NCBI GenBank assembly: GCA_024346625.1 | Contig: AP024667.1 | Span: 496,001 to 560,000 of the forward strand | DNA length: 64,000 nucleotides | Direction of reading: 5' to 3' | Source: Williopsis jadinii | Taxonomy: Eukaryota | Shown: in pieces, positions 1 through 10,540 of the stretch | Layout of the letters: every line of letters starts with the position of its first letter | Numbering within the stretch: position 1 is the first letter of the stretch | The notes under the pieces: model-generated | Database searches by the model: none | Told to the model about the DNA's origin: nothing | What the model saw: the letters and a program-made list of their open reading frames with translations, nothing else | Program-made: the position numbers and the translations under genes

Positions 1-2436
1 TCGAACGATGAGCTGACGATAACTTTCTTCGAATTGGATGAGCCAATACATATGAGGGCTGGACGGCTGGTTGCAGTAGGGCCTTTATCCCTTGGTGCTG
101 TAATTAGAAGTGATCCCTATGTGAGGATGACCCTTCTGAAAGCTAGAAGAGAAAGAAACGAGAATCAGGGTCCAACAGCGAATCGATTAGATAAGAAGGA
201 ACTGGTTAAACAGATCTTGCTGGATAAAGGCAATAAGAACCCTACGGTGGAAGAGGCTTTCCAAACCAGACTGCTAGAAAATGAGACATTGGACGAGGTG
301 AAAGGTGCCACACAGAGAGTTGATACACAGCTGTTTGGAACAACTCGTGCTGATTATGAAGCTGATACAATCGATAGAATCGAAAAGGCATTGCCCACAC
401 AAAGGCTGATGTGGCTTCTAGTCGATAAGTTCTTCAAGGGGTCTATTTCTGTTTTTATGCCATTTTTGACCGAAGTGTTCTTCAGAGAAAGAATACAAGA
501 ACTACTGGGTGCACGTTCTGATGAGTGTGTTAGGTTTCCAAAGATAAAGATCACTAGAAGGTTCGATTTTGCCTATGTTGGTATGCTCTTCCTCATCATG
601 AGGTTGACATTTCTCGGTATAAGTAAGACGGACCACAACACTGAAGAGGAACAGTACATATTAGACAATCCTATTGGACCACATGCCACCAATATCGCAC
701 AGATGTGTCTTAATCAGTTCAGATTGTTGAGACGTGGTGCCATTCCTGTTATCCAATGCTCTCTCCTAATGCGTATGTACCATAAGTACGCTCCTGAAGA
801 AGGTGATGGTAGTGTTGGTGGTGACTCTGAGGTGTTTCTCGGTATGCTGTTACAAATGGCAAATTCCATTGGTATGAACAGAGACCTTTCACAGTCGCCC
901 CAGTTGGCGAAATTCCACAAGCTGAAGAATATTTGGAGGTTCATATGGCATGAGATTGTATCCTTGGACTTGGATCAAGCATTGATGAAAGGAAATCCCC
1001 TGCTCGTTGATGAAAATAGCTTTGATACAATGTTACCGAGCCTGAAGCATGAAGAGTCAAACTTTCAAGATTATCAACTGTTGGAGTGTGCTGTGAATAA
1101 CTTCCAAATCACCGATGAGATCAATCAAATGGTTAGGAATTTCCTGAGGGATATCTTGAACATTAAACGTCCAGTGAGAGTGTCTGAGCTCTTGTTGAAG
1201 ACATCTAAATTGGAGATTTATCTTGATACGAACTTCCAATCTTTAGAGGCAGTCTTGAATTTACCCATTGGCTCAGTAAGCCAATCTACGGTTAAGATCC
1301 ACAAGTTTAAACATTATGTTGAACTGAAGACCTCTCTATACATGATTTATTTCCAAATATTTTGCAAATCCCCAACAGTGAACTATCCTCTTCTACATAA
1401 GATGTTCAGCATCTGTCTTGAAATGATTCCTTTGTCATACATGCTATTGACAATTAACAATGGCAGAACCAATTACTTTGAAGAAATCTTTGGACCCAAT
1501 GCACAGTTGATTCTGGTTCCAAGCATCTTTGCTCCGTTGCACAAGCTCTCAAATTTACTGGTTGCGTTCATTCTGAGGGCACTGGACAGTAAGTACAACC
1601 ATCCACCCTCTGAGAAAGCGCAGATCATTTCTGGAATATTGGACAAGCTAATGGACCACTACTCATTAGTTCGTGATGGGTTTGCATCTTTGAGTTCTTT
1701 CTACTACCATGCTTGGCGCAACTGTAAGAACTTTGATTTCCTTTATGACCTCTTGAAGGACGATTCTAACAGTATCATGGATAAAAATGCGCCTGTCAAT
1801 AAAGACACGGCTACGCTTCCTGATGAAATCAACCATTTCAAGATCTTTCCCGAGAGAAATGAGCTGTACGAGATGACGCAATGGCAATTGACCCAGCTAT
1901 CGGAACTTATCACGTCCAAGGGATTCGAAGATCCGATTTTGAAGAAGTTGAACACCAGTTCCAAGTACAAGACCCGTGGTAGCGGTGGAATCCGTGTTAA
2001 GGCTGCAAAGGAATCGTTGCACAAACGTCAGCAACTCGTCCCAGACAGTGGTGGTACACCTGACGAGAGCCAAAAGCAACCTACTGATGGAATGACAACG
2101 TTACCACTGGCACAAGAATCCTCCAATGGGATGCATTCGCATACGCAGATGAGTCTAACTGATTCCAGCTCCACTCCTACAACGACATCTGCATCCGCAT
2201 GCTCCAATTCACCGTCCCAAAGGTTCCACGTTAACCCCAATGTCATGACCAACGCGGAAATCGACATGCTCTGGCTACAAATGATGGCGACGAACACCGA
2301 CGGTGACGAACAAGTAGCTGCTGTCATGAATGACGTGCCGGATGTTCCAACAGCCGAGGCGTGCGATATCCCACTGCAATTTGACCTCCCGTACGACATC
2401 TTTGGCGACATCTCGTCCTACTACGAGAGCATCTGA
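1..2436 (+). CDS. Fungal Zn(II)2Cys6-type transcription factor, Mrr1-like (5' end truncated by the window edge; fungal-specific TF middle domain)
   Basis: Frame is open from base 1 (SNDELTITFFELDEPIH...). Motifs GPLS...DPY and 'MANSIGMNRD...KNIWRFIWHEIVSLD' are typical of the fungal TF middle homology region; acidic C-terminal tail. The zinc cluster itself lies outside the window. Confidence 0.75.
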   Translation, partial: SNDELTITFFELDEPIHMRAGRLVAVGPLSLGAVIRSDPYVRMTLLKARRERNENQGPTANRLDKKELVKQILLDKGNKNPTVEEAFQTRLLENETLDEVKGATQRVDTQLFGTTRADYEADTIDRIEKALPTQRLMWLLVDKFFKGSISVFMPFLTEVFFRERIQELLGARSDECVRFPKIKITRRFDFAYVGMLFLIMRLTFLGISKTDHNTEEEQYILDNPIGPHATNIAQMCLNQFRLLRRGAIPVIQCSLLMRMYHKYAPEEGDGSVGGDSEVFLGMLLQMANSIGMNRDLSQSPQLAKFHKLKNIWRFIWHEIVSLDLDQALMKGNPLLVDENSFDTMLPSLKHEESNFQDYQLLECAVNNFQITDEINQMVRNFLRDILNIKRPVRVSELLLKTSKLEIYLDTNFQSLEAVLNLPIGSVSQSTVKIHKFKHYVELKTSLYMIYFQIFCKSPTVNYPLLHKMFSICLEMIPLSYMLLTINNGRTNYFEEIFGPNAQLILVPSIFAPLHKLSNLLVAFILRALDSKYNHPPSEKAQIISGILDKLMDHYSLVRDGFASLSSFYYHAWRNCKNFDFLYDLLKDDSNSIMDKNAPVNKDTATLPDEINHFKIFPERNELYEMTQWQLTQLSELITSKGFEDPILKKLNTSSKYKTRGSGGIRVKAAKESLHKRQQLVPDSGGTPDESQKQPTDGMTTLPLAQESSNGMHSHTQMSLTDSSSTPTTTSASACSNSPSQRFHVNPNVMTNAEIDMLWLQMMATNTDGDEQVAAVMNDVPDVPTAEACDIPLQFDLPYDIFGDISSYYESI

Positions 2437-2613
2437 AAGTGCGCACTGCGCACTTTGTACAGCTTGCAGTCGTATGCAACCGTCTCGAGACTACGCTTTA
2501 TGTACTCCACACTTCTCAATGCAACAGCTCTGAGTCTTACAACAATGCCATGTCTGTTGGCGTGTTCTCCACTGTAAAAACCCTCCAATCAGACTCCATC
2601 ATTCGCATCAATG

Positions 2614-2631
2614 CTGGGTGTCTGGGTGTCT
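2614..2631 (+). repeat. Interstitial telomere-like repeat CT(GGGTGTCT)2 / probable Rap1 site
   Basis: CTGGGTGTCTGGGTGTCT; the reverse complement contains ACACCCAGACAC, close to the Rap1 consensus. Confidence 0.5.
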
Positions 2632-3263
2632 ACTCAAGAACTCACGGCCACGCCAGTATTGGCTGGATTAGCCCTAGCCATAGTCCTGACAAACCGTTGA
2701 CGGCGAGTGCAGGGGGATTAACTCGTCCACGCTAGGGTTCCCAATCCGGCAATGTTAAGAGCATCTCGCCCTCCTACTCGTCGCCGTCGCTGTCGCCGTT
2801 GCCCTCCCCCGGAGTCCTGCCTTAGAGATAAACCTGGGCGGCGCAGTGTAGACCGGCACTGGCCACTCCGCTGGAATACCCCGGGAAGGTTGATCAGCTC
2901 TGCCTAACCCACGGTAATCGCAGGCTCAGCCCCTCGTCAGTGGACATCTCTGCCTACAACGTCGGAACCCTCCCCCCACCCACTCACAGGCAGGGAATTC
3001 GTCTGTGCTGACGTTTCCTCCGTTTGTTTGCACGCGGGACACGCCGTCGACGGCCGTCTGCTTTGTACAGTGTGTTTCTTTGTTGGGCGTTGGCCTCTAC
3101 GCTGCCTGGTGTAACTGTCTGGTTTTACTGCCTGCTTTACTGCCTGCGCTGGAGTGGGCCTGTTTGATTAGCGGGCAGGAAAAAATTTTGCTGCTGCTTT
3201 TCGGCTGCGACTCGGCCAGTGACACAAAATCCGGATCGCTGGAATTGGCGTAAGCTGAGCCCC

Positions 3264-3271
3264 TATATAAA
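3264..3271 (+). promoter_or_regulatory. TATA box of IDP2
   Basis: TATATAAA ~170 bp upstream of the ATG at 3441. Confidence 0.55.
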
Positions 3272-3440
3272 GATGGACGAATAAGCAGAAAACTTTTCAA
3301 TTGGATCAAAAGTGTGGAGATTGCTTCCTTTAGCTTCTTGTCTGTTCAAAGGGGATTTAGTACTTTCTTTCCTTTGACCTACTTTCTCTAGCTCTCTTTT
3401 ATATTTTTGTGCCTTTGCTCCCAGAACCACGCAAGCGACC

Positions 3441-4676
3441 ATGACTAAGATCACAGTGAAGAACCCAATCGTCGAGATGGACGGTGATGAGATGACCAGA
3501 ATCATCTGGAAGTTGATCAGAGATGAGTTGGTGTTGCCATACTTGGATGTTGATCTCAAGTACTACGACTTGTCCGTTGAGAACCGTGACAAGACCGACG
3601 ACCAAGTCACCGTTGACAGTGCCGAGGCCACTTTGAAGTACGGTGTCGCTGTCAAGTGTGCCACCATCACTCCGGACGAGGCCCGTGTCGAGGAGTTCAA
3701 GCTGAAGAAGATGTGGAAGTCTCCAAACGGTACCATCAGAAACATCCTCGGCGGTACTGTCTTCAGAGAGCCAATCGTCATTCCATGCATCCCACGTATT
3801 GTTCCACAATGGGAGAAGCCAATCATCATTGGTAGACACGCCTTTGGTGACCAGTACAAGGCCACCGATGTGATCATTCCATCTGCCGGTGACCTGAAGC
3901 TTGTCTTCACCCCAAAGTCTGGCGAAGCCGAGGTCTTGGAGTGGCCAGTCTACGACTTTGCCGGTGCTGGTGTGGCCATGGCCATGTACAACACCGATGA
4001 GTCCATCACAGCCTTTGCCCATGCTTCCTTCAAGATGGCCTTGGAGAGAGGCTTGAACTTGTACAGTACCACCAAGAACACCATCTTGAAGAAGTACGAT
4101 GGTCGCTTCAAGGACATCTTTGAAGGTTTGTACGCCTCCACCTACAAGGCCCAGATGGACGACAAGGGCATCTGGTTTGAGCACCGTTTGATCGACGATA
4201 TGGTTGCCCAGATGATCAAGTCCAAGGGTGGCTACATCATTGCCATGAAGAACTACGATGGTGATGTCCAATCCGACATTGTCGCCCAAGGTTTCGGCTC
4301 TCTTGGCCTGATGACCTCCGTCCTCGTCACCCCAGACGGCAAGGCCTTTGAGGCCGAGGCTGCCCACGGTACTGTCACCAGACACTACAGACAACACCAG
4401 CAGGGCAAGGAGACCTCCACCAACTCCATCGCATCCATCTTTGCCTGGACCAGAGGTCTCATCCAGAGAGGTAAGCTCGATGACACCCCAAACGTTGTCA
4501 AGTTCGGTGAATTGGTCGAGAAGGCCACCTTGGACACCGTCCAGGTTGACGGTAAGATGACCAAGGACTTGGCCTTGGCCCAAGGCAAGACCGACAGATC
4601 CTCTTACGTGACCACCGAGGAGTTCATCCACGCTGTCGCTGACAGATTGCAAAAGGAGTACGCTGCTGCTTTCTAA
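3441..4676 (+). CDS. IDP2: NADP-dependent isocitrate dehydrogenase, cytosolic type
   Basis: [68 protein letters not shown]. No mitochondrial presequence; C-terminus EYAAAF resembles Idp2. Strong codon bias. Confidence 0.95.
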   Translation: MTKITVKNPIVEMDGDEMTRIIWKLIRDELVLPYLDVDLKYYDLSVENRDKTDDQVTVDSAEATLKYGVAVKCATITPDEARVEEFKLKKMWKSPNGTIRNILGGTVFREPIVIPCIPRIVPQWEKPIIIGRHAFGDQYKATDVIIPSAGDLKLVFTPKSGEAEVLEWPVYDFAGAGVAMAMYNTDESITAFAHASFKMALERGLNLYSTTKNTILKKYDGRFKDIFEGLYASTYKAQMDDKGIWFEHRLIDDMVAQMIKSKGGYIIAMKNYDGDVQSDIVAQGFGSLGLMTSVLVTPDGKAFEAEAAHGTVTRHYRQHQQGKETSTNSIASIFAWTRGLIQRGKLDDTPNVVKFGELVEKATLDTVQVDGKMTKDLALAQGKTDRSSYVTTEEFIHAVADRLQKEYAAAF

Positions 4677-4961
4677 GAATTATTTATGTAATTGACTTGT
4701 GTATTTATTTCTTACCTCTTTGTCTTGTATCATAATCCTCATAGTAACCACCTCCACCTCGCCAACGCGGTAATCCTAGGCGGAGGACCATGGCGTGCTT
4801 CTGCCTGTGATTTTCCTTCTGGGGGCAGGAGCCGCTGATTTAGCCGTGCTGGGCAGGAAGTACATAAGGGGGGCATCGTCAGCCTACGGGGACCTCAGGC
4901 CATCACGCTTTCCATAAATGAGTCATTAGACAACAAAACAATAGCCACCAATACAAGAGAA

Positions 4962-5697
4962 ATGGTTGACGAGAACCCGATCATCTGTGAGTCGGTCTGT
5001 GCAGCTCTTCTGTATCAGCTCCTCTGTATCAGCTCCATGTGCTAACCACCTTCTAGTTGCGCCAAAGACATATCAATACGACAAGGACTCACTGGACATC
5101 AGTCAAGTTGCTGAGGACCCATTTGTTCAGTTCAAGAACTGGTTTGACGAGGCTACGAAGTCCGAATCTATTCCTGAATGCACGAACTTCTCCACTGCTG
5201 AGTTGCCGTCAGGCAGGGTGTCGAACAGAGTTGTTCTGTTCAAAGAGCTGGACCACAAGGGGTTTGTCGTCTACTCCAACTGGGGCTCTTCCAAGAAGGC
5301 CAGGGATGTCAAGAGCAATCCGCATGCTGCTCTGACCTGGTTCTGGCCTACTCTGCAGCGTCAGGTCAGGGTTGAAGGTATCACTGAGTTTGTTGATAGA
5401 GAAACGTCCCAGAGATACTTTGATACTCGTCCAAGAGGCTCGAAGATTGGTGCGTGGTCTTCACCTCAGTCGTCGGTATTGAAGAACCGTGACGAGCTCA
5501 GCGAGGTCTATGCTCAGAGAGAGAAGGAGTTCGAGGGAAAGGAGGAAATCCCATGTCCTGATTATTGGGGTGGATTGAGAACGATTCCTCTGGAGATTGA
5601 ATTTTGGCAAGGCCGTCCAAGTAGACTCCATGACCGTATCGTCTATAGAAGAGCCACACCGGAGGACCCTTGGGAGATTGTTAGAATTTCACCATGA
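4962..5697 (+). CDS. PDX3: Pyridoxamine/pyridoxine 5'-phosphate oxidase; two exons (4962-4986, 5057-5697)
   Basis: Splicing gives MVDENPIIFAPKTYQYDK, matching the Pdx3 N-terminus; RVVLFKELD, RQVRVEG, EFWQGRPSRLHDR. Confidence 0.93.
4987..5056 (+). other. Spliceosomal intron in PDX3 (70 nt)
   Basis: GTGAGT 5' splice site at 4987, branch GCTAAC at 5041-5046, TAG at 5054-5056; removal restores the frame. Confidence 0.9.
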
Positions 5698-5734
5698 TTG
5701 GTGCGTGTAGATATCTGTTGAATATATACTAAAG

Positions 5735-7636
5735 CTATATAGAAGGATCTATAATGTTAAGAATGGATTCAATCTGTTTGTTTAGAAGCTTGTTCGATTT
5801 GTCAAATCTTTGTAGCTCCAAGATCACTCGATCTATCTCTTTTCGATCGAAGTGCGACTCAATGCATTGACGATTCTTACTGTAGATAGATCCAATGAGT
5901 AAAGAGTAGTAGCCGAAGCACTCCACATGGCATTTGGGGAATAAAGTGTGTAGCTGATGCGTATGCTCTGAGCAGAAATCAAGGCAGCTTGGGTCTTCAA
6001 CGAGGTTTATTAACAATCCAATGGACAGGAGTTGCACGTCCATGTCGTCAGTGCTTATTGCCTCGTCGATTGATCTAATCACAAGCTCAGACCGGTACAC
6101 TTTGTCAAATTTCTTGATACTCATGAGAATCAGCACCTTTAGACAGAGAATCTTTGTACGTTCTGAAGCCAATTGGGGCTTTAAAAGCACATTTACTACT
6201 TTCTCAAACTCTGGCTCCACTTCATCCTTCTCACTGAGATACTTTTCGTAGATTATCAAGGCCATTTCAAAACTCTCAGTATCGTCGATTAGTTTAATTC
6301 TGTCCATGAGGGCGATGATGCCATCAACCAATTGCTTGCTCGTAGATAGCCCATTCTCAAGTATCACTGAAAGAGCATAGTATGATGCACTGTGCTTGAC
6401 TTCCAAGTGAGAGTCCCATTCATCAAACAGCGTTCTTACCAATTTCGAGGCCCGCAATGGTCTAACCTCAGTGCATCTCAGCAACGTCAATATAATGTTT
6501 TCAACCTTCAAAGGGTCACAATCGTCCAATTGGCCAGTCTGGGATGTTATGTATGCAAATATATAGCACATTGTACAGTCATCGGCGTTGGTGTATTGCC
6601 ATAGAGAAAGGTTGCCCGTGGCTTTTAGGAATTCCACGAACTGTTCGTCTGAAAGCTTCATGGCAAGTTCCAGAAATGAAGAAACTGTCGGGTTCTCTTT
6701 TATTCCATCCATGATGAAGCTCAATTCATCGACAAACTGCGCATTGGAGCCTTGGGCTCTAAGATCAGCTAGATTTTTTAAGTCACATGTTGAAGCATTG
6801 CCAGCATCTTCAGGCTCAGAGCTGAGCATATGGTCTTCTTCAGCAGGACTCTCGTCTCCCTCGCTTTGACTCTTCGTCTTCCTCACAAGGAAGCTTCTGT
6901 GTGCACCATACGTTCTCTTTGATCTGTTTATCCTTGGAGAACCATGGGAATTTGGTGATTCAATCACCAAATTTGAACCCTCCTCTTCAGCACTGTAGCC
7001 TTTGGTATCGTGATCATTGGAGGCCTGGATTTGGTGCTCAAATACCCTTATGATCTCCTTACACTCGTCTGCTGCCTGTTCTCTCGATGGAGTGAGTGAA
7101 AGCTTCAATGTTGTCCTCTTCACCTTCGCCTCATCAACCACATCCAGGAAATCCCACTCATCGGCAACGCCTGAATCACTTTTCACCCTCTCATTGCAAT
7201 CACCGTCATTGGACAGTGCTAGAAGCTTCTGGGTGATTGGTGAAGTTGTGGACGAACTGGTCCTCAGTTCATGGCTTCGATTCGTCTGCGGTGATAGCGA
7301 AGGTGACCATCTGGGCTTCAACTGCGATTCCACGAAGAACCTGTTCAATTTCGGTGAGGGTGTGGAAAGCTGAGCGTTTCTGTTCACAGCTCTCCTCTCA
7401 GGAGTTCGTCTAGTCGGTGAATGCTCAATTGACGAGACGTCGCTCCTCAAAGCCTCTGATTTGGCCCTCAACCTTGGACTCCTCCTCAGCTCTTCTACTG
7501 GGGATGCTTCCTCAAACATCTCATCCCGTGATGCTCCAATTGGTGGAAGTCCATCATTTCGATGTGGTGAGAGATCTACTGACGGCTGTAGTTGTCTTCT
7601 CTTACTGGATCTCCTCCCATAAGCACTCCGTTTCAT
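5735..7636 (-). CDS. RAD61: Wapl-family cohesin release factor
   Basis: Disordered S/T-P-rich N-half, then DLKNLADLRAQGSNAQFVDELSFIMDGI (Wapl domain start) and a helical repeat region. Adjacent to PSF1 as in S. cerevisiae. Likely ATG at 7636. Confidence 0.75.
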   Translation of the reverse strand: MKRSAYGRRSSKRRQLQPSVDLSPHRNDGLPPIGASRDEMFEEASPVEELRRSPRLRAKSEALRSDVSSIEHSPTRRTPERRAVNRNAQLSTPSPKLNRFFVESQLKPRWSPSLSPQTNRSHELRTSSSTTSPITQKLLALSNDGDCNERVKSDSGVADEWDFLDVVDEAKVKRTTLKLSLTPSREQAADECKEIIRVFEHQIQASNDHDTKGYSAEEEGSNLVIESPNSHGSPRINRSKRTYGAHRSFLVRKTKSQSEGDESPAEEDHMLSSEPEDAGNASTCDLKNLADLRAQGSNAQFVDELSFIMDGIKENPTVSSFLELAMKLSDEQFVEFLKATGNLSLWQYTNADDCTMCYIFAYITSQTGQLDDCDPLKVENIILTLLRCTEVRPLRASKLVRTLFDEWDSHLEVKHSASYYALSVILENGLSTSKQLVDGIIALMDRIKLIDDTESFEMALIIYEKYLSEKDEVEPEFEKVVNVLLKPQLASERTKILCLKVLILMSIKKFDKVYRSELVIRSIDEAISTDDMDVQLLSIGLLINLVEDPSCLDFCSEHTHQLHTLFPKCHVECFGYYSLLIGSIYSKNRQCIESHFDRKEIDRVILELQRFDKSNKLLNKQIESILNIIDPSI

Positions 7637-7677
7637 CTGTCGTCTTCGCCTGCTGAGCTCATCGATGTTAGGCGGCG

Positions 7678-7728
7678 ACGCGTCGCAGGCCCTCAAAAAA
7701 AATCATCACCACCATCGCAAGCACGCGT
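7678..7728. promoter_or_regulatory. Two MCB elements (ACGCGT) in the RAD61/PSF1 bidirectional promoter
   Basis: ACGCGT at 7678-7683 (within palindrome GCGACGCGTCGC) and at 7723-7728. Confidence 0.7.
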
Positions 7729-7772
7729 CCGTCCTCATCACCACCACGAGACACAGAGCTTTCGAGGGCAAA

Positions 7773-8324
7773 ATGTACGGTGACATCGCTAACAAACTGG
7801 TTGTTGAGGCGAAGAGAACACAGAGCTTAGAGCAGCTGACTGTGTTCCAGGATGAATTGGTACGTTCCATCATCAAAGAGACAAAGGACTTAGCTAAAGC
7901 CCTTGAAACTATGGAAGATGACGATGAAGACAGATCCAAGCTGTGTCACCAATTCGTCGCCCATTTGGCCATGCGTCGTAACAAGAGAGCACTGCTGCTT
8001 TATGAGAAGCTACGGGCTGAGAAGCTGGACCAGATGGCATGGGAAAACAAGGAACTGGAGGCTGGAAACCACCATGAACTGGAATACTTCAAGAGCTACA
8101 GCGAAGTGCTCATTGACTACAAAAGCGAGTTCCCAGATGTGGATCTCACGGGCTCTCTAGAGCCCCCAACCGATGTCTTCATCGACGTTAGAGTGGTGAA
8201 AGATGCCGGTGAGATCCAAACAGAGTATGGTGTATTCAACCTCACCAAAGACTCGCAGTTCTTTGTGAGGAAAGCCGACGTCGAGAGACTCATACAACAA
8301 GGATATCTACAGCTGATTACATGA
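7773..8324 (+). CDS. PSF1: GINS complex subunit Psf1
   Basis: MYGDIANKLV, MRRNKRALLLY, DLTGSLEPPTDVFIDVRVVKDAGEIQTEYGVFNLTKDSQFFVR. Confidence 0.95.
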   Translation: MYGDIANKLVVEAKRTQSLEQLTVFQDELVRSIIKETKDLAKALETMEDDDEDRSKLCHQFVAHLAMRRNKRALLLYEKLRAEKLDQMAWENKELEAGNHHELEYFKSYSEVLIDYKSEFPDVDLTGSLEPPTDVFIDVRVVKDAGEIQTEYGVFNLTKDSQFFVRKADVERLIQQGYLQLIT

Positions 8325-8351
8325 TCTTACTGGTGCCATTCATAGCAAAGA

Positions 8352-10448
8352 TTACATGAAGTTAAACTCGGACACCTGTGACTTTGCAGCCATCTTGGCT
8401 AGACGTAGCATCTTCTCCTTCCCGTTCTCCTTCTTCTTCTTGTGTTGTCCTCCATGGCCTGAATTGGAGCTGCCACCAAGGTTCTTTGGTGTCTCTCTCA
8501 AGCCAAAGCTCTTTGCCAAATGGCCCAAGTGTAGAGTCTTGACGTTGAAGACGTCCCTTTCTGCTGATAAATGTGTGGCATACGCACGAATATGGCTGGT
8601 GAATGCTCTAGCAGCCTTGTCGTGGGCAGTTTGATCTTCTAGGAGCCATCTTTCAACGTTCAAGTGCCATGTTGTTGCGTCCATGTCCCATTTATCACCA
8701 AAGCCTGTTTTCAGCAAGTCTTCGTACGACTTGTACTGAACACCGTGTGGATGATAATGTTGGATCTTCTCCATGTACTTCTCCTCTGAAGGTAAGAGGA
8801 ACAGTACAGAGCGACCCGATTTACCAGCTCTTGCAGTACGACCAATTCTGTGCAAATGATCTTCAGTAGCAAACGGTGGGTCATATTCGATAACAGTGGA
8901 TATGTATGGAAGATCCAAGCCTCTAGACGCAACATCAGTACAGAACATGACGATATGCTTATCCTCTGGGGCTTTGGAGAACGCCGATAACGTTGATGTA
9001 CGCAATTGCTGGGATAAAGAGCCATGAAGCTTGAACACCACGGTGTTCTCTGATAATAGAGGAGATGTCATCACAGTGGACGATGTATCATCGTCGTCAT
9101 CGTCGTTGGACACACTCTTGAGGCTCCATTTCTTACCACCTTTGGCAAATACTGAGAAGTGGAAATCCACAGAGTCAGAGCATGACAAGAATATCATCGT
9201 ACGTGATCCTCCTTCCTGAGTGGTGATTGATTTCAGAACAGATGCCATTGCCACAAGCCTCAGCTTTGGTGGAACAACACACACTTGCTGTAATAGCTGG
9301 TCTGGTGCTGCGATATTCTCCATTATTTCAACGTCTTCAACGTCTGGGACTGAGCTTGGACTCACCATCTCTGCATCTTTAAGAGAGATCTCTCCCAGCT
9401 TCTTGACGTTCTGTTTGATCGTTGCAGAACATAGCACATTACAACGCTTATGTGGTAAGCTAGGGTACATCTTCAGCGTTGCACCAATGCGTGAAGTCTT
9501 TGTAATGTCACTCAGGATCTTTGTGATGGTTTCCTCGAACCCCAGCTCCATCAGTTTATCACCTTCATCCATCACAACCCATCTGATGTTCGAAAGATCG
9601 AGTCTCTCTGTATTCTCAATGTGGTCTGCTAGTCTCCCCGGCGTGGCAACTAGGATATTGACTCCCTTTCTCAATCTGGCCTTCTCAGACTTCTTCTTTT
9701 CACCACCAATGACAATGCCTGGGACTATTCTATGGCAACAGTGTGACAACGTCTCAATGACACCATAGATCTGCGTTGCCAACTCCCTAGTTGGTGCCAG
9801 GATCAGCGCAAATATCCCACTTGTACGGTTCAAATCCTGGACATCCATGAGCCTTTGGAAAATCGGCAATACAAACGACAATGTCTTACCAGAACCCGTC
9901 TGAGCCTGGACGAATAGATCTCTTTCCCTCTCCAGCAGTCTCGGCAGAACAGATCTCTGGATCTTTGTAGGGATTTGAACGTTCATGTGCTCTGTCAGCT
10001 GTCTGGTCAAGTTCTCGTTCAGTCCAAGACCTTCAAACGTAGTCGAGTCCTTCAGCGGAGCATTCGAAGCATCAAGCGACGCCAATTCCTGGTCATACTC
10101 TCTTTGCTCCATGTCAGGCTTCGACGTGAACAATGACGAGACATACGTGTTGTTCTTCCCTGCAGAGCCCTTCCCTTCCACGAACCTGGCCTGCTTAGAG
10201 GGGCCCCTCTGAGCGTCCTCCTGTGAGGTGGCAGGTCTCTTCCTCTGTGCCTGCTGTTGTGGCCTGTCCTTCTCTACTGGCGTGGAGTTCACCCCAGTAG
10301 CGGAGCTCTTCGGAACCTTCTTAATCCCCTTCGCCTGGAGCTGGGCCTTACGACGGTCTCTCCATTTCCCACCAACCACCTTCGCAGACACACTCTTCGT
10401 CACTGGAGCACTCTCCGTGCTGATGTTCAAAAACAAGTCCTCGTCCAT
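8352..10448 (-). CDS. DBP7: DEAD-box RNA helicase for 60S biogenesis
   Basis: AQTGSGKT, PTRELA, DEGD, SAT, HRIGRTAR; GGKWRDRRK N-terminus and HLGHLAKSFGLRE C-terminal motif typical of Dbp7. Confidence 0.93.
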   Translation of the reverse strand: MDEDLFLNISTESAPVTKSVSAKVVGGKWRDRRKAQLQAKGIKKVPKSSATGVNSTPVEKDRPQQQAQRKRPATSQEDAQRGPSKQARFVEGKGSAGKNNTYVSSLFTSKPDMEQREYDQELASLDASNAPLKDSTTFEGLGLNENLTRQLTEHMNVQIPTKIQRSVLPRLLERERDLFVQAQTGSGKTLSFVLPIFQRLMDVQDLNRTSGIFALILAPTRELATQIYGVIETLSHCCHRIVPGIVIGGEKKKSEKARLRKGVNILVATPGRLADHIENTERLDLSNIRWVVMDEGDKLMELGFEETITKILSDITKTSRIGATLKMYPSLPHKRCNVLCSATIKQNVKKLGEISLKDAEMVSPSSVPDVEDVEIMENIAAPDQLLQQVCVVPPKLRLVAMASVLKSITTQEGGSRTMIFLSCSDSVDFHFSVFAKGGKKWSLKSVSNDDDDDDTSSTVMTSPLLSENTVVFKLHGSLSQQLRTSTLSAFSKAPEDKHIVMFCTDVASRGLDLPYISTVIEYDPPFATEDHLHRIGRTARAGKSGRSVLFLLPSEEKYMEKIQHYHPHGVQYKSYEDLLKTGFGDKWDMDATTWHLNVERWLLEDQTAHDKAARAFTSHIRAYATHLSAERDVFNVKTLHLGHLAKSFGLRETPKNLGGSSNSGHGGQHKKKKENGKEKMLRLAKMAAKSQVSEFNFM

Positions 10449-10512
10449 TACAAACACTGGCCACTCTTCTCTCCTGCTTCCTTCCTTCCCTCTTGCACAG
10501 CTTGTACGTGAA

Positions 10513-10540
10513 GCTCATCGCACGCTTCTATAAAATTTTC
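10513..10540. promoter_or_regulatory. PAC and RRPE-like elements upstream of DBP7
   Basis: GCTCATCGC at 10513-10521 and TAAAATTTTC at 10531-10540. Confidence 0.6.

Noticed and set aside
2437..3440. IDP2 upstream region as the telomerase RNA locus (18-nt repeat match)
   Set aside because: No U/A-tract pseudoknot, boundary helix or splice signature seen; the region looks like a promoter with a TATA box.
3399..4652. 417-aa antisense ORF over IDP2
   Set aside because: Shadow frame produced by the strong codon bias of a highly expressed gene; no recognisable protein features.
4671..4691. Stop read-through creating a peroxisomal PTS1 on IDP2
   Set aside because: Read-through would end in ...ELFM, and the native end AAF is not a PTS1 either.
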